A stretch of DNA of 64,000 nt, taken from NCBI GenBank assembly GCA_046156195.1, contig JBJXEX010000429.1, positions 6,882 to 70,881 of the forward strand, read 5' to 3'. Position 1 is the first letter of the stretch, and each line of letters opens with the position of its first letter. This document shows positions 1 through 14,500 of this stretch, piece after piece. A program made the translations under genes and the position numbers. The notes beneath the pieces are model-generated. The model worked only from the letters and a program-made list of their open reading frames with translations, did no database searches and had not been told where the DNA came from. This stretch comes from Planctomycetaceae bacterium. GTDB taxonomy: Bacteria > Planctomycetota > Planctomycetia > Planctomycetales > Planctomycetaceae.

Positions 1-3000
1 CCGCCCGTGAGCACGACCAACTCAAATTCCTTGACCGCGTCGCTTCCCAGACTGCCGGTGAGGGACGAATTCGTCAGCGTGAAGGTGGTGATGGTGCTCA
101 AAACGGTCTGCTTCTCGTTGAGTCGATCGGTATCGGCACCCCCTTCGAGAGTGTCCTTGCCCAGCTCGCCGCTGATCGTGTCATCGCCCGCCTGGCCGAG
201 GACTTTGTCGTCGCCAGCTTGCCCATTGAGATCGTCGTTGTCGTTGCCCCCTTCGATCTGGTCGTTCTCGGTGCCGCCTCGGATCGTGTCGTTGCCGTCG
301 TTGCCGAACAGTTTGTCGATGCCCGCACCGCCGTCGATCGAGTCCCCTTGGCTACCGCCGGTGAGGAAGTCGTCACCCGATGAGCCAACCAGTGTCACGC
401 TGCCGGAGAAGCCGCTCGCGTTGAGTGTGTTGGCACTCGTTCCGCCCGTCAGTTTGGCAAGCTCGATGTTCGACACCGAGTCGGTTCCCAAGCCGCCGGT
501 GAGATCGCTGTCGGTGAGCGTCATGTTGACGTTGCCCGATTCGATCAACGTGTCGATGTCGTTGCCGCCGTCGATCGTGTCGTTGCCCGTTCCGCCGGTG
601 AGCTGATCGTCGCCGTCACCTCCGTTGAGTTCGTTGGCACCCGTTCCGCCGGTGAGCACATCGTTACCACCGCCGCCATTGAGGGTCGCGCTGAAGGTGC
701 CGAAGCCCACCGCATTCAGGATGTCGTTGCCCGCACCGCCCGTCAGCGAGGCCGCTTCGATGCCAGTCAGCTTGTCGGAGCCGAGGCTGCCGGTCAGCGT
801 GGTCGTGGTCACGGTGACCGTGCCGCTGAAACCATCCTCGACCACGACGTCGCTGAGTCCGGCACCGCCTCGCAAATCGTCGTTGCCCAGTCCGCCGGAG
901 ACCGAGTCCATCTCACCGGCGTTGCCGTCGAGAGTGTCGATGCCCGCTGCACCGCTGAGCGAATCGTTGTCTGCTCCGCCGTCCAGGAAGTCGTTCCCCG
1001 AACCACCGAACAAGAAGTCATCGCCACCGAGACCGAGCAGCGTCACATTGAAGTTCGCCCCGCTGGCATCGATCACGTTGCCGCTGCTGCCACCGGTCAG
1101 GATCGCCTTCTCGAAGCCGGCGATCAGGTCATTGCCGAAGCCCTCCAGCGTGGTTGCGGTCAGCGTCTGATCCACGTCGGCGGTTTGCAGGAGCACGTCG
1201 CCCCCGACCGTGCTGGAGATCACCGCCGTGTTGGAGCCGCCGTTGATGTCGTCGTTGCCGAGGCTGCCTTGAATGTTGTCGTCACCGCTGCCTCCGATGA
1301 GTGCGAAGAGGAGCGCGGTGGAGGTCGCCGCCGAAGCGTTGATGATGTCGTTGCCGGCTCCGCCGTCGATGGTGTGCAGGTCCGTGGCTCCGGAGATGTT
1401 GAACGTGTCCACCAGACTGCCGCCCACCAACTTCTCGAAGTTCGACAAGTTGATCGTCTTCGTCGCGACGTAATTCACGCTCGATCCGCTGGAGGTCCAG
1501 GTCGCGGTCGCGGCGAAGCCTAGGACCGAGTCGTTGCTATCCGAGCTGCCCACCAACGCATTGATACTGAGGAAGCTGGTCACTGCCGAGGCCACGCTGC
1601 CGTTGAATCCGTCCAGGCTGTTGACCGCCGAGAGCGTGAAGGCTTTCGACGCCGTGGCACTGGCGAAGTTCAGCGTATCGTTGCCGCCGCTGCCGTTGAT
1701 CGTGCCGGAAATCGAGCCGCCATCCTGGAACAGGAAGTCGTCGGTGGAGCTTCCGCCCGTCAGATTCTGGAAGCCGCTGAATCCAATCGACCCCACCGTT
1801 CCGCTGTTGGTCCCGTCGATCGAGAAGATGTTCGCGGTGGTGGCCGTTGCGACCAGCGTATTCGAGGTCGCGGCATTGGCGAACACGTTTTCCAGGCTGC
1901 TCAGCGAGCTGATGTTGATCGTTTGGTTGCCGAGTTTGGCCGACAGGTCCAACGTGTCAGTGCCGTCCCCACCCGCGATCGTCCCGTTGACGCCGCCGTT
2001 CCCCTCCACGATGAATTCATCGTCGCCGTTGTTGCCGGCGAGGTTCACCGTCTGCGGAGCGCCGGTCATGCGAAAGACATCGTTGAACGCGCCGCCGTTG
2101 AGGTTCTCGAACGCACTGAAGGAAAGGAAGGTCGTGCCGTCATCCACCGTCGGGCCGGGGTTGCCGTAGCGGTTCGTGCCATCGACTTCCCATGCCGCGT
2201 TGTCATCCAGGCCGGTGAGCGAATCGAAGCCCGAACCGCCGCCAGTCAGCGTGTCGATGTTTTCGAAGGTGCCTCCCCCCAGCAGCGGTGTCGCGGTGCC
2301 GCCAAAGCCGTCCGGGGCATTCACCGTCAGGGCCACAGCCACGGTCGTCGTCAACGAGGAGAAGTTGATCGTGTCGGTCCCGGCACCGCCGTCGATGCCA
2401 CCGGCCAATGTGGCACCGAGCGAGAACGTGAACGTGTCCTTGCCGCTGTCCGCACCGCCGCGCAACGAGCCAGTGCGTGCTCCCGAGATCGTGAACTCGT
2501 CGATGCCGGTGCCGCCGGTCAGCGTGTCGAAGCCAGAGAACGCCAGTTGGCGACCGTTGGCGAAATACATTTGCGTGGCACCGATGGTCCACGACGCAAC
2601 CGCACCCGAGCCGATATCCAAACCCGTGAGTTGATCGGTCGTGGCCGACGAACTGCCGTTGATCGCGTTGATGTTGCGGAAGCCGCCGCCGATCACGCTT
2701 TCGTTGCCGTCGAAACCATCCGAAGCTCCGGTCCCCGTCAGCAAGACGTCGCGTGGACCGGTCATCGCGGTGAAGTTCAGAAGATCCGATCCCAAGCCGC
2801 CGTCGAGTACTCCGCTCAAGCTGCCGCTGTCGGTGAACGCGAACGTGTCCGCACCGCCGGAGCCGGTCAAGTTCTCGAATGATTGGAACACGGTGCTGCC
2901 AGCCACGCCGCTGTTCGACCCGGTGACGTTGAACGTGCTGCCGGTGATCAGTCCCGTCAGCGTGTCGTTGCCAGAGCCGCCGATCAGAGTTTCGATGCCG

Positions 3001-5500
3001 CTGAAGCGGTCCAGCGCGATGCTCACCGAGGTGCTGCCGAGGAAGCTGACCGTGTCGTTGCCCAAGCCGCCGACCAGCGAACCACCTAGCACGGCTCCAT
3101 CCGCGAAGTTGAAGACGTCGTCGCCGCCACCACCGTTGAGGTTCACATTCTGCGAGCCGCTGATGTTGAACGTATCGACGTCGCTGCCACCATTGAGATT
3201 ATCGATCTTCGAGAACGTCAGCGTGGCACCGGCGGCCGTGTAGATTCCCGTCGTGCTCGCCGTCCAATTGGCCGGCGCGGTCGGAAGGCCAACCAGAGTG
3301 TCGTTGCCGTTGCCGCCGACAATCGTCTCGATGCCCCGGAACGTCGGGGAGGACACGCTGTTGAGGGACGGTGTCAACGTCCCATCGAACCCGGACCCAG
3401 AGCTTGCGTTGATGGCGGTCAGAGTAATCGTCTGAGCGGAACTGGCCGACGTGACGGAGAGCGTGTCGTTACCTCCCATGCCATCGACCGTGCCACTCAA
3501 AATGGCTCCGTTATTGAGCTGGAACAGATCGGCCGCCGTGCTACCGACCAAGTCAAACGACTGATTACCGGTGACCAAAAAGTTGTTGCGCGCACCGGCC
3601 GCCGCCGACAATCGCTCGAAGCCAGAGAACTTAAGCGCGACCCCCGACTGGTCGATGTAACGGTATTGAGTCGGATTGCCGAGCACGCCCAACTCCCAGG
3701 TCGCATCGCGTCCCGTGATCCCCGTCAACGTGTCGCTAGGCGCGTTCTTCACCACGATCTCATTGATCCCGGTGTAGCCGCCGGTAATCGCCGTCTCCGA
3801 GCCAGCGTAGCCCGTGGCATCGGGAATTCCGGTCAACAGGAAATTGCGATCCGCCACGATCGCTGACAGGTCCAACTTATCCGAACCTGAGAAGCCATTC
3901 AGCGAACCTCGCAGCGAGCCAGACGCACCGAGTGTGAAGCTGTCGTCAAACGACGCGCTGCCGTTGACCGTCTCAAAGCGAGAGAACGTGAACGCGCCGC
4001 TGGTGTTGGTCAAAGTACCCGCATCCATCGCGTTGATGTTCCAGGCATTCACCTGATTGTGCCCGGTGATCGAGTCACTCGCGCTGTTGCCACCCGTTAC
4101 TGACTCAATGGCCGAGATTCCGAACGTCCGCGTTGGCCCGGTCACCGTCACGATGCTTGTCGAGAAGTTGACGCTCACCGCCGAGTTGTAGGCCGCGAAC
4201 GTCGCAGCATCCGTGGTTCCGCCACCACCGTTGATCGAACCGGACACAACGCGATTGTCCGCGAACTGGAACGTGTCCTGTCCCGCGCCACCAACGAGAT
4301 GCTCGAAACTCGCGAACGGAATCGTTCCCACCGTTCCCGCGTTGTCACTCGTGATATCCCACAACGTGGTCGAGTCCGTGCCGCGCAACGTATCCGCTGC
4401 TGAAGCACTGCCGGTGAAGTTCTCGATGCTGCTGAAGCCATTCGCCAATCCGCCGTTGATCAAATTGGCGGACGAGTTCGACAGATTCACACTGACCGGT
4501 CCCGCGACCCCCGAATAGTTCAATGCGTCCAAGCCACTGCCGCCGCTGACCGTGCCGCTCACCGAACCCCCGGTGAACCGGAACGTGTCGGTGTTGGCGT
4601 TACCCGCCAGGTTTTCCATGCTTTGGAAACTAATCACCCCGGTGATGTTGCCGGTGCCAGCAGCCGGACCAGTCAGATTCCAATCATTGGCCAGAACCAG
4701 ATTCGGTCCCGTGAGTGTGTCGGTCCCGGTGCCACCGATCAGAGTCTCGACCGCCGCGAATGAGAAGGTGCCGTTGGTATTCACCAACGATCCCGTCTGC
4801 GCGGCCGTGACACTCCAGCCGTTGACCAGATTGTGCCCGATCAGAGTGTCGTTTCCGGCTCCACCGACCACACTGTCGATGCCAGTGATCCCGCCGACCG
4901 CACCGCCGAAGACGTTCGTCGCCGAGCCAGTCATCAAGTTGACTGTCGCCGCATTGGCCGCCGTGTACGGCTGATAGCTTAGGCTATCCGAACTGCCGGT
5001 GCCGGCGTCGATGCGACCGGTGACGCCAAACGCGACTCCCGCCACTTCACCCAAACGGAAGGAGTCATTACCCGTCCCCCCCGTCAGGTTCTCGAACGAA
5101 GCGAAGTTCGTCACCAACGTGCCGTTGGTCAGTGTGCCGGTGTCGTTGGCGGTCGTGATCGCGAACGCGTTGACGGCGGAAACTCGCCCAAAGAGCGAAT
5201 CGAACGTCCCCACCGGAGCACTTCCACCATTCACCGTCACCACGACCGTCGCCGCGAAGCCGCCATCCACGCTGGTCAAGCGCAGTGTGTCGGTGCCGTC
5301 GCCCGTGTTGATCGTCAAGCTGCCCCCCGCCACCGGGTTCGTGAACGTCACAATCTCGCTGGTCGGCGAGGCGACTGGTGTTGAAATCACATTCCGTCCC
5401 GCCGTCCCGCTGGCCACAAGCGTCACGTCGTCATTCACACCACTGAAGTTGAACGTGCGGTTCGTCGCCGTCAGCGTGTCGAGGATTGGTTCCAAGCCGA
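1..5500 (-). repeat. RTX / hemolysin-type calcium-binding repeat region (C-terminal part of the giant protein); boundaries approximate
   Basis: Minus-strand translation of 629-541 reads LNGGDGDDQLTGGTGNDTIDGGNDIDTLIE, i.e. GGxGxD nonapeptide-type repeats. Translation near 3330-3250 reads GIETIVGGNGNDTLVGLPTAPANW. The plus-strand track ORFs here (SLPPS/VSLP-rich) are the antisense image of these Gly/Asp repeats. Confidence 0.75.
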
Positions 5501-8500
5501 CGTAGCTCACCGTGTGACTGCTGCCCGCCGCGGGGAAGTCATCGACGACGACAACAGTGCCGCTGCTCGAAGTGAAGAAGTTATGCGTGACCGAGGTCAC
5601 CGTCCCGTTGATCAACTCCAGCGTATCGCTGCCGAGTCCGCTTCCGCCGTCGAAGACAACCCCCGTGGTTGAGACCGGATTGCCGAACGGAATCGGGCTG
5701 GCGTCACTGAGGCTGACGCTGCCGTTGTAGTCGATCGTCAGCTTGTTGCTGAATCCGTTTTCGGCCGTGATCACCACCTGGTTGACGGTGTTGGGGTTGT
5801 GGGCCGGCACCAGATCGACGGTCGAGCCGGTGCGGTAGACGTGCAGCCTGTTGTCCGTGTCGATCTTCAACGTGATGTCGTGCGCGGCAGCAGCCACGAA
5901 GTCCGCCGGGTTGACGATCATGTTTTCGACGATATCGACCAGATTGATCGTCACGGTCGCTTCATCGGCCAACCGGGCGATGGCCGGAGCATTGTCGGTC
6001 ACGCGCACCATCAGGTTGAATTGCGGTGTGACCTCGAAGTTCAGCAGCGTCGGATCGGCGACCGTGATGACCCCCGTGTTCGCGTCGATCGCGAACGTGT
6101 TCCCCGTGTTGCCCCCCGTAATGCTAAACGTAAAGCCGTTGAAGAACGCTCCGGTATCGGACCCAACGATCGCTCCGCCCGTCAAAGCCGTCAGCGCGAC
6201 CGAGTTCTCCGCCAACGTGCGAGTCTGATTATTGATGACCGGAGCACGGTTGAGTTGAATCGTCACGGTGCCGGGCGACGTGGAGGAAGTCCCCGTATCG
6301 TCGAAAGCGTTGTAGGTGATCGTGTCGGTATCCATGAGCGTCGGATGGCTACCCGCATTGATCGAGTAGGTGAACCGCCCGCCGGTTCCGGGGACGACCG
6401 GAGCCGCCTCAAACACCAACGTGCCGATGGCCCCGTTCGCCACGACCACCGCCGTGTTGAGCGACGAACCGACATCGTTGTCGGTGTCATTGGCCAGCAC
6501 GCCGTTATCGAACGGTTCGGCCGGAGTCACGGTTCCCCGCGCATCGGTCGTGGTGATCGTGCCATTCACAAGACCGGCCGTTGGGCTGAACAGCGCCACT
6601 CCCAGTGCGAGCGCCGGATCGTAGGGAACCACATACAGATCATTGTTCGCGACCGGCGGATCGGGCACCTCGGTCACGTTGATCGTGAAGGTCTGCGAGC
6701 TGACGTTGTCGTGCGGCGACGGACTGGCCGTGCCGTCGTCGGTCGCGGTGATCGTGACCGTCGCAATACCGCTGGTGTTTCCCTGGATCGCGTAGATCAA
6801 ATCGAAATTCGCACCATTGGCCACCAGCGTCGGCGGCGTGGTGAAAATCAGATTGCCGAATGTGATCAGCGTGCTGGCGGTCATCGTCACGGTCTGCGGG
6901 ACGACTTCGTCCGCGGGGCCTTCCAAAATGCTGGTGACCAAATTGCTAATCGTTTGCGTCCCAACGGTGTCTTCCACAATCATCGTGCTGGTGCTGGTCA
7001 GCGTGAATGTTGGCTCGTCGTTGATCGGCGCGATCTGAATCGTGAACGTCAGCGCGGGCGAACTCGTGTTTTGGCTGGGTGCCGTACTGGAACCCGTATC
7101 GGTCACAGTCACATCGACCGTCACCGTGCCATTGGCATTCTGAGCCAACAAGTAGGTCAGATTGCCCGTCGCCGTGTTGATCACCGGCGTTCCGTTGAGC
7201 AATGCCGCTCCCGAAGTCACCGTGACGTTGTAGCTCACGATCGTCTGAATCTCGGTCGCACCCGGATCGCGATCATTGAAGTTGAACGCGAACCCGGCGA
7301 CCGTTTGCAGAGTCGGAACGAGTCCCGACGCATCTTCATTGACGTTGATCACCGGCGAGAGAATCTGGAATGTTGGCGCATCATCCACGGCCGTGACATT
7401 GATCGTCAGCGACTGAGTAAAGGTGCGCGGAGCGGCCACACCGTTGGTCGTTCCGTTGTCGGTCGCGACGATACTGATCACCGCCGAGCCGTTGACGTCG
7501 GTGTCCGCCAGCGTGAAGGTGAGATTGCCCCCCGAATTGATCGTCGGCTGTCCGCCGACTGCGAACAACGCCGCGCCCGAGGTGATGCTGACCGCGAACG
7601 TCAGAGTCTGATTCACTTCATCATCCGCCGTCGCGGGACCGCCGAACGGATTCACAAAGCCCAGTCCCGCCGTCGCGATCGCTGCGGCCGATGTCCCTTC
7701 CAGAACATTGAACGTCGGGGCATCGTAGGTGAAGTTCGGAGCGTCGTTGACTTCGGTCACTCGGAACAGCACGACTTGCGTAATCGCGTCCTTCGGGGCG
7801 GGAGAAGTGATCGGAGGCGTGGGATCGATCCAGAAATTCCCCAGGTCGTTGACGTCAATCGTCAACCGCATGTCATCGAAGCCGGTGACTGGGTTGGCGA
7901 TCCCATCGCCGTTGGGATTCACGAAGTCGGTGGTCGGAGTGTAAATCAAGCCATTCAGCGCGGCGTTGATTTCCGCCAGCGTGCCGCGAATCACGAGCGT
8001 GCCATTGGAACCGTCATAGTCTTCTCCGACGAATCCCGTCGTCAGCCCCAACGCCGCCGGTGTTCCCGGCAACGTCAAGGTTCCGCTGACAATCGCTCCG
8101 CCCAAAGTCGAGAGGCTGACCTGGAGATCCCCCGTCGGATTCAAGAAGGCGTCGGGGTCGCTAATCGTGATGACGTTGTTGAAGGCTGCGGAGAACGTCA
8201 GCGGCGTCTCTTCCGCCGTGGTCTGAATACCCGGAATGCCGATCACCGGCGGGTCGTTCGCGCCATCGGTGATGGTGATGGTGAACGCCGAGGTGCCGTT
8301 GAGCTGATTGGGTTGCAGGCGATTCCCCGCGATGTCGCGGATGCCGCCCGACGTGCCGAACAGGTTCCCGTCGACCAAGGTCGACATCGACACGCTGGCC
8401 GAAGTGGACGGAGTCAGCGAGCTGGTGATGCGCAGTTGCGGCACCGGTCGCGCGGCATAAGCGCCGCGGAATTCGAGGTCCGCAAAGGTGCCAGTCACCG

Positions 8501-11500
8501 AGAGCGGGCCACCGGTGACGAGCACGTCGCCGGCGACGATCGCCGTGAGGTTTTCCAACGCCGTTTGGATTTGGCCAGCCGTCGCGTTGTACGGCAAGGC
8601 TCCCACGCCCATCGCAGGCGTGGTTTCGCTGGAGAGAATCTGGAACATGTCCACGCCGGACTGGTGCGCTGCCGCCGTCGTTCCGCCGAAGCCACGGCCA
8701 CCAGCGCGAATCGTGATGTTGTTGCCGACGATCGTCGCCACATCCATCAATTCATCATCCACACGCAGGATGTAGGTGCCCGCCGCATAGAGGCCGGGGG
8801 CGAATGTCCCCTGAACTCGTGCGGGATCGATCGTCAACGTCAGGGTCGAACTGTCGATGGTCGTCAGCAGCGTGGACGAGGCTCCCGGTTGATCGAACGT
8901 CAGCGTGAAGTTTCCGGCAATGGGGATGCCCGCCATGCCCAAGCGTTGCCGCTCGTTCTCTTGGCCCCGGTTCAGGAAGACGTTGTAAATGCTGTCCGGC
9001 TCGAAGGTGGTCAACGAGGTCAGGATCAACCGCTTGGTGTTGGAGTTGTACGCCAACTGGTAGTCCTCAAACGGAACTCCGTTGCGCGTCACGTTGACGA
9101 GCCGGTTGTGGCTCAACAGCGAGCCGCCGCTGTCCTTGGTGAATGCTCCCGCGGTGACGGACGCGTTATCCACGCCGACGCCGCCGACATCCAGCAGCGA
9201 GATTTGGAACTCGGTCAGCAGGACCGTCCCGTCGGTCGGCAAATCAACCGTGACGGAATTGGCCGCGTTGTTCAAATCGGTCAGCGTTGCCGTCTCGGAA
9301 AGGACCGTCGTGCCATTGTCCTGTGGCACGATCAATGTGGCCGTCGGCCCGTTGGGGTCGACCCGGTCGATGGCTCCACGATCCTTAAAGATGTTGGCAC
9401 CGCCACCCGCGTTGGGTGTGCCATTGTCGTCCTTACGGGTCTGCCCGAATCGGTCGATGTCCGGTGCGAACAGATCCTGCTGCGGAATTCCCAACTGGGT
9501 GGTGATCTGCGTGTAAGGTGCCCGTGCCTGCAACGTGTTCAACGAGCTGTCGATTGCCAGATTCGGGCTGCCGGGCAGCACGCTGGCCGCCAGATAGAAG
9601 TTGCCCGTCGCCGCATTGACGAACAGCGGCGACCCCGCCGTATTGGCGGACGTCAGATTCTGACCATCATTGTTCGTGGCTCCGGTGATATCGGTCGTGT
9701 TGTTGTTGAAGTAAGTCGTTTGGACCTCGGTGCCCGCCGCTGCCGAGGACGCATCCACCGAGACGCCGGTCACTGTGTTGGCAACGAGGTTATTCAACAA
9801 CGTCGGACTGACCGTGTTGCGGATCAAGATGCCGGTGCCCGTCCGCGTCGCTCCGCCGTAGACCGTGTTGTTCAGGATCTTGCCGATCGGCACGGCCGCG
9901 TTGGTCAGCGTGTCCGTGTTGTCGTTCTGGTAGCCGCTGAACTCGATGCCGACCGCGCCGAAGTTCGCGACCACGTTGTTGACGATCGAGGCGTGCGTCA
10001 CCCAGCGATTGGTGTTGAGTACCGGGAACTGACGGATCGAACCGGGATACGGGAAGTTCGAGGGTGCTCCAGCCGCGTACACATCGCGACGCCCCTCTTC
10101 GACGATGATGCCGGTGCCGCTGACATCGCGTATGAAGTTCCCTTCGATGATGACCATGCCTTGTTCACGCTCGATGTTGTCGTCACCCAATCGAGCGGGG
10201 GCATTGGCCGGCGAACCAGGGATCGAAATGCTGTCGATGAAGGCCGCGTCGTCACCCACCACACCGGCGACGTTTTTCGAGTAGATCCACTGGAAGTTGT
10301 GTGTTCCGGCCGTGACTGGAACGGAGACCGCCACGAAGACCGGCGAAGTCGCTCCCGTCGCGGGAGTCGTGGCCAGCAAGGTGCCGCCGTCAAAGAATTG
10401 CAACGTGTTGCCGATCGCCCCATCCACGCGAGCGTAGTAAACGAGGTTTCCAGTCCCCGTCGCGAAGTTGGTCAACTGCGCGATCGACTGCTGGAACTGA
10501 GCGGTCAACACACCGGAGCGGAAGCTGGTCGTCGGCGATTGCGAGGCCACGTTCGACTTGAACCAAGCGGCGCTGCTGGGGAACGGGCTGGCGAACTGCA
10601 GGGCGTCCGGATTGAACTCGTCCGGGATGTCGAAGGTCTCGACAACGGGTGGTGCGATGGAAACCTCATCGATCACCAGCCGGTCGTTCGTGTCCAACTC
10701 AAAGCCGATCGAGACTTCATCGTCGTCTTGATCCACTTGGTTGCCGTACTCCGTGCCGCGACGGATCTCGAATTGATAAGCACCGGTGGTCGTCAGAAAC
10801 ATCGAAGCCAGCGGAGTGTCCGGTGAGTTGTCGATGTTGGCTCGGCCGCCCGCGAAGCCACCCGAATACAGATCGTCGAAATCGGTCTCGTTGAACCCGC
10901 GCGTGCCAGTGACCAGCTCACCGCGCTCCGCGAACCCAACGATGATGTCGTCGATGTAGAAGCCTTCGTCCGTGTTCAGGTCACCGCCCTGATCCGCGTC
11001 CGCTCCGTCGTTGTCGGTGAGCTGCCCCAGATCCTCGCCGTTGTTGGCTCCAATCAAACTGGAGTCGCCGATCTTTCCGAACGTCGAGAAGTCAAACCGG
11101 AACGCGACATTCGCCAGTCCGGCGTACCGCGAGAGATCGACACGGGCTTGCCGCCAAGCCGACGTATCGAACAACTCCTGCACCTGCTGCAGGTTCGTCG
11201 CGAGGCCGTAATCCTGCGTGGAAGAGTGCGAGAGAAACTGCGGCAGTTCCGATTCCAGAGCCTGGTTGTTGGTGGCGATCAATTCCCAGGTCGCGCCGCC
11301 GTTGCCCGAAGCGAAGACACGCGCGCTGTCGCGCATGACCTGGGTTCCGGCGGCGGCCTGAACATTGGGCGTGTCGAGGAAATAGTTGAAATACAGCGTC
11401 GGCTTGTCGCTCGCAGCGTAAGCCGACAGGTTGACCGTGTTCGTGCTCAACGAGCCGTAAGCACCGCCCGGCAGGTTGTAGTTGCTTCCGATCGCCGGGT

Positions 11501-14500
11501 TGCTCGCCAGATCTCGCTGGAACTCGTCGTCGAAGATTCCGTATTGAACGTCGCCGTCGGCGGACAACGTGGAGTAATTGAAGTAGTTCGTGTTCGCTCC
11601 GTCACCCCGGTACTCCTCAAGCCCGAAGTAGAAGCTGGCTCCCCCCTGTTGTTCGACTTGAATTCGCGTGTCGGTACCGCCCGTGACCATGCGCCCTTCC
11701 ATATCGGGCCGGCGAGTATCGTCGAACGATTCATTGATCCCGTGCCCCGGATTATCGGGGGCACCGCGGCGCTCTGTCGGATGCCACAGGTTGAAGTCCA
11801 ACGCCGAGAACGCCAAACCAGTCGGGTTATTGATGCCAGTCGCGATACTAAAATTGTCTGGCGTGCCGTCGCCAATCGTGCCGGTTGTCGCGACTTCGTA
11901 AACCCCCGTCACCAAGCCCGTCGGGTTGAGAGTCATGAGGTTGACGTCTTGATTCGCATACGGGCCGCCTGCAAACGTGACCCGCACCGGCGTTGCGGGA
12001 CTCACTGTGCCCGGCAAATCCCCGCCTGTGACGATGACATTGTTGTTGGCGATGCTCAACAGATTCTCGAGGTGATCCTCGACGCTCTGCACCCCTTTGA
12101 TCGTCTCTGTGATCGTGGGTGCCATCAGCACGTCGAGGCCACGACGAGTCTCCGTGGCCGTGACCCCTTGGTTTCCGTTTTCGAGGGTGGCGACCGTAAG
12201 GCTGGCTCCCGCCGGTGCCAAGCTGTTCGCCACGATTTGAAGCGCTGCGAAGTCAAAGTCCGCAGCGTTTCCTCCATTGAACACAATCGCGTACTGGTCG
12301 GTCGCCGTCTGAGTGACGGTCACGCTTGAGCCAACTCCTCGGACGGTGGCCACCAGAGAATCCAATCCCGCCTTGAGATTCGCTTCCATCGTGAGCGCCG
12401 TGGCGCTGTAAGTGATCGTTGGCGTGACAGGTCCAGCCGCACCAAACCGCAATGTGAAGCCACCACCGGTTGGCGCTCCCGTGAAGTTCAATTGCTGGCG
12501 TTCGTTGTTGGACACTCCCGCGTTGTTGACGGCAATCAACGCGACATCCTGGTCTTGCAGCGTTCCGATAAACGTCACTGTGTAGCCGGTATTGAGCAAT
12601 GGCCCTGCCCCGGTCACCACGACGTTGCCAGCTCCAATGGATGGAAGAGCTTCCAAGGCGTTCTGAACGTCCAAAGCCGTTGCCGTCGAAATGTTGAGCG
12701 AACCGGTCGTGTTGCCGCCAAACGACAACGTGACGTCGCCGCTGCCTGTGAACGCCGGATTCGGCGTCAGGACCAGCCTCTGCTGTTCGTCGCCGATCAA
12801 TTCTGAAGTGTCGATCGTCAACGTCGGCACGTCTCGCCAGCCGAAGCTGTCGTTCGTGGAGAAAGTCACCACGGCGGGAGTCGAGATCGTTTGCGACACT
12901 GGCCCGCCCGTCACCGTGACGCGGCCAGCCAAAGGAGCTAACGCGGTCAACGCGCTCTGAACGCTGCTGGCTCCCGATGCATTCGCGTTGAATTGGATTC
13001 CACTCGTCGTCTGAATTCGCGAAATCACGTCACCCGGATTGTGGGTGGCAATCGTCGTCCGGTTGGCTCCCCGAATGAGATTCCAAGTCGTCGTCGTCGG
13101 AGTGACTCCCATCTGAGTCACCCCAACCACCAAGAAGTCTTCCGATCCGATCCGAACTCGGAACGGCGCTGCCGGAGTGGCCACGGAGGGGAACGCCGTG
13201 GTGACGGTCGTATCTTGCAAATCCAGCGTCGCGTCCACGCGAGTGACGACGGTGTTCACGCTGTGCTGAGCCAAGTTGGTCGCGGCGAATCCGCGCGTCA
13301 CGGTGAAGGTGGTCCCATCGACGATCGTCGCAAGCATCAGTTCGTTATCGACTCGCAACGTGACGACGTCGTTGACCGCGCCGAATGCCGTCGTGTCGTT
13401 GACCGTCAGCGTTGTCGATCCTGCCAAGTTGTTGATTAAAACGGTCACCGTCGTGGTCGCGACCGTATTGCTCAGCGAAGTGGCGAGATTCGAGGTTCGC
13501 AACTGGAAGACGTTGGCGTCGCTGCCATGAATTTCCGGTGCCGTGCCGTTGACCGCACGCTCAACGGTGAATGTGGCAAACGTGGCTCCAGGAACCGAGT
13601 TCGTGACCCGCATGATTTCTCCACCGACCTGAATCAGGAACGGTGTCGCGGGGAACGCAAACGTGTCGTCATCGTTATCAACCTGGAAACTGGTCGTCGT
13701 CAGTTGATCGTCGAAGCCATCGACGACGCTCGAAATCTCGGCGAAATCATCGACGTAGGTCAGCGTGAAGGTGCCGCCGTAGGAGGGGGTCAGCCCGGTA
13801 TCAAACGTCTGCACTTCATTCCGAGAGACCGAGCCAGGGGCGTTGAACGCGATGGGATCGGTCGTCAATGGGCGACCAACGGCCCCCAGTCCCGTGTCGT
13901 CAAACGTCAGCGTGAAAGTGCCGGCGGTTGGTGCGACGCTCGCGGGATCAACGTGGATTTCTTGAACTTCGTTGTTCGTGTCGAAGGCGGTCACTCCGTT
14001 ACCGTTGATATCCAGAGCCACCAGCGTTCCGGTCGAAGTGATCGCAAACAGCGTGTTATGAAACGCTCGATTAACCGAGCCGTCCGAGACGTTTTGCGGG
14101 CCAATCGACAAGCCTTGGAAGTTCGGGAAACCCAGCGGAGCAAAGTCTCGAACTACGGTGGCTTGTCCAGTTGCGTCGTTGATTCGCAAGAGCAAACCGG
14201 TATCGGTGACGCCGTAGAGTTGACTGCCACGGAAGCCAGAAACTCCCGCAGTGACCTGCGCAGCGGTCGCCGCGTAGGCCAAGCCGGTGACATGCGCGTT
14301 CAACGCCGTCCCTGTTCCAACACCGATCGCCGTGGCCCCGTTCGCAATGGCGCTGACGTCACCGCCGTTGGCATTGACCCGCGCGGAAATCAGCGCGCTC
14401 GCAGCCCCGTTATTGTTGATCAGATTCGCGATCGTGGCCTGCGACGTATTCGGATTAGTGTCAGTCTGTACTGTGATTGTGGTACCGGCAACTGACACGG

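Noticed and set aside
7-5505. Series of plus-strand ORFs rich in SLPPS/VSLP/PPV.
   Set aside because: They are the reverse-complement reading of GGxGxD (RTX) repeats encoded on the minus strand, so they are not genes.
5799-10826. Plus-strand ORF of 1,675 aa, the longest entry in the track.
   Set aside because: Its translation is Arg/Asp/Gly/Val-rich with no recognisable motif. It lies exactly antisense to the giant minus-strand gene, whose frame gives clean beta-helix and cadherin-like sequence. Long open antisense frames are expected at this GC content.
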